Assembly (NCBI RefSeq): GCF_009914755.1 | Contig: NC_060926.1 | Length of the DNA: 64,000 nucleotides | Direction: 5' to 3' (one strand) | Source of the DNA: the human T2T-CHM13v2.0 reference genome, Homo sapiens | Part shown: positions 1-16,716 of the stretch, piece after piece | Position numbering within the stretch: the first letter of the stretch is position 1 | How the letters are laid out: each line of letters starts with the position of its first letter | Translations under genes and position numbers: made by a program | The notes under the pieces: model-generated | Database searches by the model: none | What the model saw: the letters and a program-made list of their open reading frames with translations, nothing else | What the model was told of the DNA's origin: nothing

Positions 1-999
1 TCTTGATCTTTATCCAAGCCTTTCCCAAAGAGCCTAAAACCTTTTACCAGGGTAACTGTGTACTGGGGAAGAAAGAACAACCAGTTCAGGGACCACTCGA
101 TCCTGCTCTGAACTGACACTGATTCCAGGAGATCCAAAACACCACTATGGCTCTCTAGTCAGAATAGGGGCTTATGGAGGTAGGTTAATCAATGAAATTT
201 TAGCTCAGGCCCATCTCACAGTGGGCCCAGTAGGTCCTCAAACTCATTCTATGTTACTTCCCCAGTTCCAGAATGCACAGTTGCAATAGGCATACTCTAC
301 GGTTGGAGGCATCCCCCCACATCAGTTCCCTGACCTATGGAGTGAAGGATATTATGATGAGAAATTCTAAATGGAAGCCACTAGAACTGCCTCTGTGTAG
401 GAAAATAGCAATCCAAAATCAATGCTACATTCCTTGGAGGGCTCAAAGAAATCAGTGCCACCACCAGAATTTGAAAGATGCAGAGGTTATGATTTCTACC
501 ACCTCCACATTCAACTCATCCATTCAGCCTGTATAGAGCACAGATGGGTCTTAGAGAATGACAGTGAATTATTTTAAGCTTAAGCAGGCAGTGACTTCAA
601 TTGCAGCTGCTATTGAAGATGTGGTTTTATTGCTCAGGCAAATTAACACACATTTCCTGGTACCTACTATGTAGCTATTAATCTGGTAAATATTTTTTTC
701 TCCATAGCTTTAGTTAATGAGGACCATCAGAAGCAGTTTGCTTTCAGCAGGCAAGGCCAGCAATATACCTTTACCGTCCTCTCTCAGAATATATCAACTC
801 TACAGCCCTGTTATAATCTAGTTTGCAAGAGGCATGATCACCTTTCTCTTCTACAAGATATCACAACTGGTCCATTTCATTGATAACATTAGACTGACTG
901 GACCTAGTGAGCAAGAAGTAACAACTACTCTAGACTTGCTGACAAGACATTTGCATTTCAGAGTGTGGTAAGAAAATGCAACAAAAAATATGAGGAGGA

Positions 1000-1296
1000 G
1001 CAGGGTACAGTGGCTCATGCCTGTAATCTCAACACTTTGGGAGGCAGAGGTGGGAGGATCGCTTAAGCCCAAGAGTTTGAGACCAACCTGGGCAGCAAAG
1101 ACCCCATCTCTACAACAATTTGAAAATTATCCAGACATGGTGGCACGCACCTGTGGTCTCAGCTACTCAGGAGACCAAAGTGGGAGGATCACTTGAGCCC
1201 AAGAGGTCAAGGCTGCAGTGAGCCACAATCATATCCCTGTACTCCAGTCTGGGTGACAGAGCAAGAACCAGTCCACCTCCCCCCCAAAAAAAAAAT
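1000..1296 (+). mobile_element. Alu, AluJ-like
   Basis: Dimeric Alu with J-type motifs 'gggaggatcgcttaagccc' and 'aggtcaaggctgcagtgagcc'; A tail. Confidence 0.9.
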
Positions 1297-3049
1297 CCCA
1301 GGATCTTCTACTTCAGTGAAACTTCTAGGGGTCCAGTGGTATGGGCATATTGAGCTATCCCTCCTAATACGAAGAATGAGATGTTTCATCTGGCCCCTCC
1401 TACAACTGAAAAAGAGACACAATCACTAGTGAACCTCTTCGGATTTGAGAGGCAACATATTCCTCATTTAGGCGTGCTACTCAGGCCATTTACTGAGTGA
1501 CCTGAAAAGCTGCTAGCTTTGAGTGGAAACCAGAGCAACAGAAGGCCCTGCAACAGCCCCAGCCTGCTGTGCAGGCTGCTCTGCCACGTGGGTCACATGA
1601 CCCAGCAGATGCAATCATGCTTGAAGTGTCAGTGGCAGATAGGGATGCCGCTTGGAGCTTTTAACAGGCTCCTGTAGGTGAACTGCACAGCAGGACTTTT
1701 AGAATTTTGGAGAAAACTCCTGCCATCCTCTACTCTCCTTTTGAGAAACAGCTCGTGGCCTGCTGCTGCGCCGTAACAGAGACTTAACACTTGATCATGA
1801 GCCACCTAGTTACCATGCAAGCTGAGCAGCCCTGATGAACTGGATGTTTTCTGACCCAGCAAGCTGTAATGCTGAAAGTGCACATAGCACTCCATCAACA
1901 AATAAAATTGGTATATGTGTGATCAGGTCTGAGCAGCTCCTAAAATTACATGAGGATGTGGCCCAAATGTCCACAGCCCCTACTTCTGCTACCCTCCCTT
2001 CTCTCTCCTTGCCTGCACCTATGGCCTCAGAGGGAGTTGCTTATTATTGGCTGACTGAGGAATAGAAGGCTTGGGCTGGTTTAAAGATGGGTATGCAGGC
2101 ACCACCAAGAAGTGGGCACTGCAGCACTACAGCCCCTTTCCAGGATCCCTAAAGGACAGTGTTGAAGGGAAGTCCCCCCAGTGGGCAGAACTTCGAGCAG
2201 GGGACCTGGTTGCTCACTTTGCTTGGAAGGAGAAATGGCCAGACATGCAATTTTATACCTATTCATGGGCTGTGGCCAATGGTTTAGCTGGATGTTTGTT
2301 GGTCAGGGACTTGAAAAGAATATAGTCGAAAAAATATGACAAAAAAATCTGGGGAAGAAGCATGTGGATAGACCTCTCTGAATTTTTTTTTTTAAACGAA
2401 GCTATTTGTGTCCTATGTAAGCACTTACCAAAGGGTGGCCTTAGCAGAGGAGGACTTCAACAATCAAGCAGATAGGATAACCCATTCTGTGGATACAAGT
2501 CAGTCTCTTTCCCCAGATACCCCTGTCATCTCCCAAGGGGCTCGCAAACAAGCTGGCCATAATGAGAGACATAGAGGTTACACATGGGTTCAGCAATGTA
2601 AGCTTCTACTCATGAAGACCTACCTGGCTACAGCCACTGCTGAGTGTCCAGTCTGGTGTTTCATGCAGCATTGTTTCTGATTTTAAAAACTCACTTCACA
2701 GCCAAATATGTGGGCAGTTGGGTCCATGCTTGTGGAATCCACTGATGTTACCATGTTTCTTACGATCCTGAAGCAGCTGGTTTGACAGAACAGTGGAATG
2801 ACCTTTTGAAGACTGTCACAGCACAGCTAAGTGGTGATACTTTGCAAGGCTGGACAAGGTTCTCCAGACGACTATTTATACTCTGAATCAGTGTCCAATA
2901 TATGGTGCTGTTTCTCCAACAGCCACAATAAAAAGATCCAGGAATCAAGGGTTGGAAGTGGGAGTGGCACCACTCACTCTTACCCCTAGAGACCCATTAG
3001 CAAAAAATTTGCTTCCTGTTCCCACAGTCTTATGTGTGCTGGCCTAGAG

Positions 3050-3300
3050 GGCTTAGTTCCAGAGGGAGAAATACTTCTACTGGAAGGCACAACAATTATT
3101 CTATTGAACCGGGAGTTAAGATTGCCACCTGGCCATTTTGGATTCCTTATGCTTCTGAATCAACAGGGAAAAAAATGGAATTACTGCACTGGCTGGGGTG
3201 ATTGATTCTGACTACCAAGGAAAAATTGAATGGCTACTCCACAATGGAGGTAAGGAAGATTATGCCTGGAATACAGAAGACCCCTTAGGGCATCTCTTAG
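3050..3300 (+). pseudogene. ERV-L dUTPase remnant
   Basis: LRLPPGHFG ... GVIDSDYQGKIEWLLHNGGKE; frameshifted. Confidence 0.8.
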
Positions 3301-3492
3301 TATCACCATGCCCTGTGATTAAAGTCAATAGGAAGTCACAACAAGGCAGGAGTACTAGTGGCCCAGACCCTTTAGAAATGAAGATTATGGTCACTCCAAC
3401 AGGTAAAAAACACAATCAGCAGAGGTGCTTACTGAAGGCAAAGGGAATAGAGAATGGGTAGTGGGAGAAGGTAAGCTATAAATATCAGTTAT

Positions 3493-3758
3493 GGCAGGGC
3501 GCCATGGCTCAGGCCTGTAATCCCAGCACTTTGGGAGGCTGAGGTGGATGGATCATGAGGTCAGGAGATCAAGACCATCCTGGCCAACATGGTGAAACCC
3601 TCTCTACTAAAATACAAAAAATTAACCAGGTGTAGTGGCATGCGCCTGTAGTCCCAGCTACTCAGGAGGCTGAGGCAGGGGAATTGCTTAAACCCGGGAG
3701 GCAGTTTGCAGTGAGCCCAGATCGCACCACTGCACTCCAGCCTGGCGACAGAGCAAGA

Positions 3759-3766
<8 letters not shown>
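3493..3766 (+). mobile_element. Alu, AluS (Sc-like)
   Basis: 'ggatcatgaggtcaggagatcaagacc'; TSD tatcagttat at 3483-3492 and 3869-3878. Confidence 0.92.
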
Positions 3767-3810
<44 letters not shown>

Positions 3811-3868
3811 ATACATATATATATGTATCAGAGATACATGTATCTCTCTCTCTCTATATATATACATG
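3764..3868. repeat. Compound (CT)n/(AT)n microsatellite in place of the Alu tail
   Basis: Direct reading of sequence. Confidence 0.95.
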
Positions 3869-3957
3869 TATCAGTTATAACTACATGATGACAAAAGGAA
3901 GATTGCAATGGTCATGTGCATTCCTCCTCATTTTGTTATGAATGTGTGTGAAATATC

Positions 3958-4260
<303 letters not shown>

Positions 4261-4554
4261 AATCGAAATATCATTTTCTTTTCTCTCTTATTTCTTTATT
4301 GTGTAACATGGATATATTGATTCATCATAGTATTTATATATTATTAATTTTACATAACAGTAATTTATAAGATATCAAAGAGAGGAGTAAACATCACTCA
4401 TGGGCTTGACCTCCTTGTCTGGGGAAGTGGTTAGGGCATTTCCAGCTGGACACAGGATAGTTATATCATGTTATTCAGAATTATGACATCGTTATTGTCT
4501 TTTAAGATTAAGTATGGTTTGAGGATATACATATGGGTGCCCAGTTGACAAATT

Positions 4555-5002
4555 AATAATGATTAATTTTATACCTCAACTTAACTAGACCATGGGGTGC
4601 ATAGTTATTTGGTGAAACATTATTTCTGGGTGTGCCTGTGAGGGTGTCTGCAGATGATATTGACATTTCCATTGGTGGAGTGAGTAAAGCAGATTGCCCT
4701 CCCCAGTGTGGGCAGGCCTCACTCAATCTGCTGACTGCTTAACTAAAATAAAAGACTGAGTAAGAAAGAATTCTCTCTCTGCCTGACTGTCTTCAAGTTG
4801 GAACATAAGTCTCCTCTCACTTTTGGACTCAGATTGAGACTGGAACTATTATCCTTCCTGGTTCTCAGCCATTGGACCTGGACTGGAACTGTATCTCCAG
4901 CTTTCCTACTGCAGATTGTGGATTTCTCAATCTCTATAATTGCCCATAACGAGAGAAACAGAGAGATCACTTCTGTGTCCCTGGAGAACCCAGACTAAAA
5001 CA
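4555..5002 (+). mobile_element. MLT2-family LTR (3' LTR of the ERV-L)
   Basis: 'gattaattttatacctcaacttaact' start, 'gagtaaagcagattgccctcccc', ends 'ctggagaacccagactaaaaca'; directly follows the ERV-L internal end. Confidence 0.85.
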
Positions 5003-5944
5003 GCTGGGGTAGCTCAAATAGAAGTAACAGAATACCCTGTAAACTCTCAGCCATGGCTCACCTCTTGTGCCTTCATCTGAGCCATGGCCAGCTTCACAGG
5101 GACTTTGACTTTCAAGTGATGTGTGGCTTAAACACTAAGGGCTGTTATTTGTTGTTGTTGCGTAATAGATTTCTTGGTTGGCTGTATAAGTAACAAATTA
5201 TTGTTGAATTATAAGAGCCCCTTATTTATTCTGGACTGACATCCAAATATATGATTTGTAAATATTTTCTCCTATTTTGTTGGTTGTCTTTTCAAATCCT
5301 TAATGGTGTTCATTGAAGTACACAAGTTTTGAATTTTGATGAAGTCTCATTTTTCTCATTTTCTTTTGTTGCCTCTGCTTTAGTGTTTCATCTGAAAAGG
5401 AACTGCCAAACTCAAGGTCACAAAGACTTAATCTTACATGCTATTCTAAGTTTTATAGTTTTAGTTCTTATATTTAAGTCCGTGCTTCACTTTGCATTAA
5501 TTTTTATATACAGTGTGAGGCTGGAGTTCAGCTTCATTTTTGCATGTGAATATCCAGTTATTCTAGCACTATTTGTTTAAAACACTATTCTTTTCCCCAT
5601 TGAAATATGTTAGCATTCTTGTCAAAAATCAATTGACCATAAACATGAATATTTATTTCTGAACTCTCAATTCTATTCCATAGATCTTTCTTTCTATCCT
5701 TATATCAATACCACAGGGTATGATAATTATAGAGTTGTGGTCCATTTAGAAATCAGAAAGTGTAAGTCTTCCAACAGTATCTTTTTTAAGATTGTTATTG
5801 CTCTTCTGTATTCTTTGCATTTCCATGTAGATTTTAAGATCAGTTTGTCAATTTCTGCAAAAAAGAAAGATTTTGGGATAACATTGAATCTTTTGATCAA
5901 CTTGGGGAGTATTTCCATATTAACAGTATCAAACTTTACATCCA

Positions 5945-6080
5945 GGCTGGGTGGAATGGCTCTTTCCTGCAATGCTAGAACTTTGGGAGGCCAGGCAGGA
6001 GAGCTGTTCCAGCCCAGGAGTATGAGACCAGCCTGGGCCACATAGTGAGACCTCATCTCAAAAGAAAGAAAATAAACCAA
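5945..6080 (+). mobile_element. Alu left monomer / FLAM
   Basis: 'ggctgggtggaatggctc...gagaccagcctgggccacatagtgagacctcatctc' plus A-rich tail. Confidence 0.8.
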
Positions 6081-8043
6081 AGAAAAGAGAGAGAGAAACT
6101 TTACAGCCATAAACATAGGGTATCTTTCCGTTTATTTTGACCTTTAATTCTTTCAATGATGCTTTGTAATTTTGAGTGTATAACCCTTGAAATTTGTGTT
6201 CAATTTATTCCTAAATGTTTGCTTTTTGTAATGCCATTTTAAATAGAATTATTTTCTTAATTTCTTGTTTATATTGTTTACTTCTAATGTTTAGAGTATA
6301 ACTGATTCCTACATATTGATCTTATATCCTGGACTTGTTTATTAGCATTGTTTTTGTGAGTTTCTAATAATTTCCTACATAAAAGATTACGTAACTTGTG
6401 AATAGAGATAGTTTTGCTCTTTTCTTTCCAATCTAAATGTCACTTACTTATTTTCTTTTCCAATTACCCTGGCTAGACCCTCCAATAAAATAATGAATAT
6501 AAGTGGTGAGAGCAGACATCCTTATCCTGTTTCTGATCTTAAGGGGATAGTGTTCTTTGTCTCACCATTGATATGATGTTAGTTATAGGTTTTATGTAGA
6601 TTCCTTCACCAGGCTAAGGAAATTCCCTTCCATTCCTAATTTGTTGAGGGTTTTTTTTTTGTATCATGAAAGGGTAAAGGAGTTTGTCAAATTCTTTTAC
6701 TGTATCTATTAAAGTAATCCTGTGTTTTTGTTCTTTATTCTATGAATACAATGTATTACATTGATTGATGTTGTTATGTTAAACCAGTCTTGAATTTCTG
6801 AAATAAATCCCACTTGCTCATGTTGTATAATCCTTTTTGCGTATTGCCAATATATATATTTAAATATATTTATATACGCTATTTGCTAGTATATAAATGT
6901 AAATAAATGTAAAATAATATAGTAAATAAATGTAAAATATAAATTTTACATTTATATTCAAAAGAAACACGGGTCTATAGTTTCTTTTCTTTTGATGTCT
7001 TTATTCAGTTTTGGTATCAGGGTAATACTGGCTCATATAATAGGTTGGAAATGATTTTCTCCTCTTGCATTTTTGGGAAAAGTTTGTAAAAACTTGAGAA
7101 AAGTTTGTGAAGAATTGTTATTTTATGCTTTAAAATTCAATAGAATCAACTAATGAAGTGCACCTGGGTTGGGTTTGTCTTTTTGTTTTTTGACGGCGGG
7201 TTTTTGCTTATTAATTCAATCTCTTTGCTTATTATACATATTCAGATTTTTTATTGAGTCAGAGTTGGGAGTTGGTGTCATCTGGGAATGTGTCCATTTC
7301 ATCCAAGTAACTTCAGTTGTTCCCACACAATTGCTTATTGTATTTTTTTCTAAATGCTGTTTTACCTGCATCCTCTAAATTTTTGTGAGTCGTTTTTTTG
7401 TTTTCATTTATCTCAAAGTATTTTCTAATTTCTCTTATGATATCTGCTTTGATCCATTAGTTATTTATGAGTGTTATGCTTAATTTCCACATTTTCTCTC
7501 ATTTTTGTGAATTTTCCAAGTTGCTTTCAGTAATTGACATAAAATTTAATTCTATTGTCTTCAAAGAACATTTTTTGTACAATTTTAATTCTTTCAATAT
7601 TTACTGAGATTGTTTCATGGTGTTACATATTGTCTATCCTGGAGAATGTTCCATGTGCACTTAAGAAGAATGTGGATTCTGTCGTTTTCAGGTGGAATGT
7701 CCTACAGAGATGTGTTAGGTCCAGTTTGTTTATCCTGTTGTTCAAGTTCTCTACTTGATGTTTATTTTATGTCTAGTTGTTCCATTCATTTTTAAATGTG
7801 GGTTACTGAAGACTCCAATTTTATTGCTGTTTTTCCCTTTAAGTCTTTCAGTTTTTGTTTCATGTAATTCAGAAATCAGTTGTTAGAGTTATATATGATA
7901 ATAATTTGTAAGTCTTTTTGGTATTTGGCCCTTTTATTCTTTTAAAGTATTCTTTTTTCCTAGTAACAATTCTTTATTATGAGTTTATTGTGTCTGAAAC
8001 AATTTTTTCTGCTTCAACTCCCTTTTAGTTACTGTTTGAATAA

Positions 8044-8409
8044 TGTCTTAGTCTGTTTGTGCTGCTATGACAAATTATCTGAGGCAGGATAATTTACAAA
8101 CCACAGAAATGTATTTTCTCACAGTTCTGGAGGCTGGGAATTCCAAGATTAAGTTACTAGCATTTGATGTCTGGTGAGGGCCTTCTTGCTGTGTCCTCAT
8201 GTGGCAGAAGGTGGAAGAACAAGAGGGCCAAATGCTGTGTGAAGCCTCTTTTATAAGGATTTTAATCTCATCCACCAGGGAGGAGCCCTCATGGCCTAAT
8301 CACCTCTTAAAGGACCCACCTTCATGGCCCAATCACCTCTTAAGGGCTTACCTCTTAACATCATCACTTTAGCCATTGAGTTTCAAATGGGACAATTCAA
8401 ACTATAGCA
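8044..8409 (-). mobile_element. MaLR solo LTR (MST/MLT1A class)
   Basis: tgtcttagtc...'ctcacagttctggaggctgggaattccaagat'...actatagca. Confidence 0.8.
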
Positions 8410-9394
8410 TAATTTTCTATCTGTTTACATTCAACCTGTTTGTGTTTTTGAACCTAAAGTCTTTCTCTTATAATCAGCAGATAATTGGATCTTTTTAAAT
8501 CTATGATGACAATCTCAGCCTTTGACTGTGGATTTTAGTGCAGTAAAGTAAGTACCCAGAAGGTAGGATATACATCTGCATGTTGTCATTTGTTTTCTAC
8601 CTGGCATTTTTGTTGTTGTTCTTTGATTTCTCTATTTTTTTCTTCTTTTATGACTAATATTAATAATTGTTTACTAGTCCACCATTTACATGCCATTGTT
8701 TCTTTTACTATATTGGTTTGTGTTAGTTTGTTGTTGTTATTTACCTGGAGGCTAAACTAACATCTTACCCTAAAACAATCTAGTTTAGATTTAAAATAAT
8801 TTCATTTCAACTGTATTTAAATATGGCTCCATTTCCTCCCTCCTCCTTTGTGCTTTAATTGTCATACAAATTATATTTTTATATATTATTATTCCATCCA
8901 CATATTATTATAATTGCTGTTTTATACAGCTGTTTTTACTCCTGAAAATTATTTGGGAGTAAAAAATTGTTACAAAGAAAAATATATTAATACTGTGTTT
9001 TACATTTATCTATGTAGCTATCTTTCTTGGTGCTTTTTACTCCTTCATATAAATTCGAGTTACTGTCTAGGGTTCTTTCACTTCATCCTGAAAGATTATC
9101 TTTACCATTTCTTGTAGGGCAGTTTGGCTACTTCAGTAAAACTGAATTCTCAGTTTTACTTTTTCTGTAGTAACTCCTTCTGCTTTAGAATAGATTTTGC
9201 TGGACATAAAACTCTTGTTTGACAGTTTTTTTCTTTGAGCACTGTGAACATGTCCTCCCACTGTCATCTGGCCTCTCTGGTTTCTACTGAGAAATCAGCT
9301 GTTAATCTTTTGAAGATCCCTTGTATACAACTAAATCGCCTCTTTTTGTTTCTGCTTTTAAGATTTTCCTTTAGTATTTGGCTTCTGACAAGAA

Positions 9395-9794
9395 ATTTGT
9401 TTGCTAAATCTCCTGTAACAAAATATCACTGGGTGGCTTAAATAATGGAAATTTGGTTTCTCCAGTTGTAGTAACCAGAAGTTCAAGATTAATGTGCTGG
9501 CAGGTTGGATTTCTCATGAGACCTCTCTCCTTAGCTTGAAGACACTGCCAGTTCACCATATTTTCACATGGCCTCTTCTCTGTGCACATACATCTCTGAT
9601 GTCTCTCCTGAATCTTTTATAGTACTTCTTATAAGAACACTAGTCGGGTTGGGTTAGGACATACCCAAATGGCCTCATTTTAACCTAATTACCCCCTTTA
9701 AGGGGGCTATCTTTAAATAGTCACATTCTGAGGTCTTGGGGGTTAGGACTTTAACATAAAATTTTGGAGAGGAAACAATTTAATCTATAAGACA
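9395..9794 (-). mobile_element. MaLR solo LTR (MLT1B/C class)
   Basis: 'ctgggtggcttaaataat', 'cacattctgaggtcttgggggttaggact'. Confidence 0.75.
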
Positions 9795-11126
9795 ATTTTA
9801 ATATAATTTTTATTGTGGCTCTCACTGAGTTTATACTATTAATACTTAAAGTAGTTTAACTTCTTGGATGTGTAGCTTAATATTTCTCATTAAATTTAGG
9901 CAGTTTCCACTCATGATTTCTTTAAATATTCTTTCTGTTAATACTTGATGCTATCTGATTTTTTTCATCTTAGCCCCTCTGATGTGTGTGTAATGATACT
10001 GAATCATTGTTTTAATTTGTAATTCCCTGAAGAGTAATACGGCTTATCATCTTGTTCTACTCATTATCTATTTAGTTGTTTTCTTTTATAATGGGCTTTG
10101 TAGAATTTTGACTATTTTTATGAGTTTGCCTTTCATCTGCTTACTGATGTGTAGACACTTTTTATATATTCTAGATGTGAGCCATATCTGAACCCAAGTG
10201 GACCTAAATGTGGCTGTAAAGAGAAAATTTTTATTTTATACATAATATCCTAGGTCCTCTGTTTTCTTGATTAACATATAATGATTCCCTTGTAGGAGAA
10301 TAATAAAATGAGCTATGATCCTTCCACATTCCTTTCATTTGTCCCATTATTACAAAGTGATATCCTTACTCCTCATTAATACTTTATAGGTAATTGGAAA
10401 GCTTTTTATATTTTCCATACATCTTCCCTCCACACATTCTGCTATTTTTTGTATTTCCTAAGGTGTTATGGATTTGGATATGTATTTATGTTTATGTATT
10501 ATATATACACACATGTACATATATATATATTAAAATTCTGACACTTTTATCACCATCATTGAGCTTTAGTTCTAAAATTAAATATAAATTAAACATATTC
10601 AATACTCAGCACAAGACTTTATGCCAAACCTTTCCTGACGTTTGATTGTCTATATCTCACTTTCTTGATTCCATAGAAAAAACTAAAGAGAAAAGGAATT
10701 GCATGCAAATTTATACCTGTTTCTACACAGCTTTATAGTTGCAGGTTAGCTTCACTAAATAGCATTCTTGGGTCATGTTTGCATTTCTTGAGTATCTTAG
10801 ATATGGTGCCCTATTGTCTTCTCATAGGAAATATTGATTTCAAGAAGTCTGAACCATCTGGGTTTTTTCCTTGTGATTGGACTTTTTTTCCTTGACGGAA
10901 ACTAGTATTTTTCTTTATATTTAAGGTCTTACAGTTTGCTGAAATATGTTTCAGTGTTGTTTTTTCTGGCTGATTTTCATAGCTGCACACTGTGGCATTT
11001 CAATATATACCTGAAGACTTATCCTATATAAAGATTTTTATTGAATTATGGTTTTTGGTTTTGTTTTATACTTTTGCTTCTTTTTTCCTTTGAGAATATA
11101 ATATTTTTCCCTTTTTGTCTTCTACA

Positions 11127-11530
11127 TTTATTATTATTACTTATTTATTTATTTATTATTATACTTTAAGTTTTAGGGTACATGTGCACAATGTGCAGGG
11201 TAGTTACATATGTATACATGTGCCATGCTGGTGCGCTGCACCCACTAACTCATCATCTAGCATTAGGTATATCTCCCAGTGCTATCCCTCCCCCCTCCCC
11301 CACCCCACAACAGTCCCCAGAGTGTGATGTTCCCCTTCCTGTGTCCATGTGTTCTCATTGTTCAATTCCCACCTATGAGTGAGAATATGTGGTGTTTGGT
11401 TTTTTGTTCTTGTGATAGTTTACTGAGAATGATGATTTCCAATTTCATCCATGTCCCTACAAAGGACATGAATTCATCATTTTTTATGGCTGCATAGTAT
11501 TCCATGGTGTGTATGTGCCACATTTTCTTA
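11127..11530 (-). mobile_element. 5'-truncated L1PA2-like element (~400 bp)
   Basis: L1 3' end with older diagnostics (GAG instead of ACA; 'cttaAagtat'); (TAAA/TAA)n tail; homology stops at 'cacattttctta' (11530). Confidence 0.9.
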
Positions 11531-11544
11531 TTTCTCTCATTTTT
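11529..11544. repeat. L1HS target-site duplication, copy 1 (tatttctctcattttt); copy 2 at 17621-17636
   Basis: Identical 16-mers flank the element; copy 2 is followed by AA, giving the L1 endonuclease site TTTTT/AA. Confidence 0.95.
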
Positions 11545-11807
11545 ATTTTATTTTATTTTTTTTTGTTTTTTGTTTTTTTGTTTTTTTGTTTTTTTTTTTT
11601 TTATTATACTCTAAGTTTTAGGGTACATGTGCACATTGTGCAGGTTAGTTACATATGTATACATGTGCCATGCTGGTGCACTGCACCCACTAATGTGTCA
11701 TCTAGCATTAGGTATATCTCCCAATGCTATCCCTCCCCCCTCCCCCGACCCCACCACAGTCCCCAGAGTGTGATATTCCCCTTCCTGTGTCCATGTGATC
11801 TCATTGT

Positions 11808-15660
<3,853 letters not shown>

Positions 15661-15699
15661 TCATTAGTTGATGCAGTTTCTTCCTAGTCTCGATGGTCT

Positions 15700-16716
15700 T
15701 TACATTTTGGCATGATTTTGCAGCGGCTGGTACCGGTTGTTCCTTTCCATGTTTAGCGCTTCCTTCAGGAGCTCTTTTAGGGCAGGCCTGGTGGTGACAA
15801 AATCTCTCAGCATTTGCTTGTCTATAAAGTATTTTATTTCTCCTTCACTTATGAAGCTTAGTTTGGCTGGATATGAAATTCTGGGTTGAAAATTCTTTTC
15901 TTTAAGAATGTTGAATATTGGCCCCCACTCTCTTCTGGCTTGTAGGGTTTCTGCCGAGAGATCCGCTGTTAGTCTGATGGGCTTTCCTTTGAGGGTAACC
16001 CGACCTTTCTCTCTGGCTGCCCTTAACATTTTTTTCCTTCATTTCAACTTTGGTGAATCTGACAATTATGTGTCTTGGAGTTGCTCTTCTCGAGGAGTAT
16101 CTTTGTGGCGTTCTCTGTATTTCCTGAATCTGAACGTTGGCCTGCCTTGCTAGATTGGGGAAGTTCTCCTGGATAATATCCTGCAGAGTGTTTTCCAACT
16201 TGGTTCCATTCTCCACATCACTTTCAGGTACACCAATCAGACGTAGATTTGGTCTTTTCACATAGTCCCATATTTCTTGGAGGCTTTGCTCATTTCTTTT
16301 TATTCTTTTTTCTCTAAACTTCCCTTCTCGCTTCATTTCATTCATTTCATCTTCCATTGCTGATACCCTTTCTTCCAGTTGATCGCATCGGCTCCTGAGG
16401 CTTCTGCATTCTTCACGTAGTTCTCGAGCCTTGGTTTTCAGCTCCATCAGCTCCTTTAAGCACTTCTCTGTATTGGTTATTCTAGTAATACATTCTTCTA
16501 AATTTTTTTCAAAGTTTTCATCTTCTTTGCCTTTGGTTTGAATGTCTTCCGTAGCTCAGAGTAATTTGATCGTCTGAAGCCTTCTTCTCTCAGCTCGTCA
16601 AAATCATTCTCCATCCAGCTTTGTTCTGTTGCTGGTGAGGAACTGCGTTCCTTTGGAGGAGGAGAGGCGCTCTGCGTTTTAGAGTTTCCAGTTTTTCTGT
16701 TCTGTTTTTTCCCCAT
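15700..16716 (-). pseudogene. ORF1: L1 ORF1 (RNA-binding chaperone) disrupted by -1 and +1 frameshifts
   Basis: MGKKQNRKTG start, ...NHAKM end; 1-bp loss near 16549 ('ctacggaagac' vs consensus 'ctacgggaggac') and T7 instead of T6 at 16029-16035; first frame stops after 72 aa. Confidence 0.95.

Larger units (their letters stand above)
5190..11120 (-). mobile_element. Old L1M-type LINE-1 fragments (ORF2 and upstream regions) with nested insertions
   Basis: T-rich antisense L1 pattern; ORF 5727-6116(-) contains 'ILPKLIKRFNVIP...EIDKLILKSTWKCK' resembling L1 ORF2; boundaries approximate. Confidence 0.75.

Noticed and set aside
11127-11530. L1PA2 fragment as a 3' transduction carried in by the L1HS
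   Set aside because: It lies outside the L1HS TSD (11529-11544), so it predates the insertion
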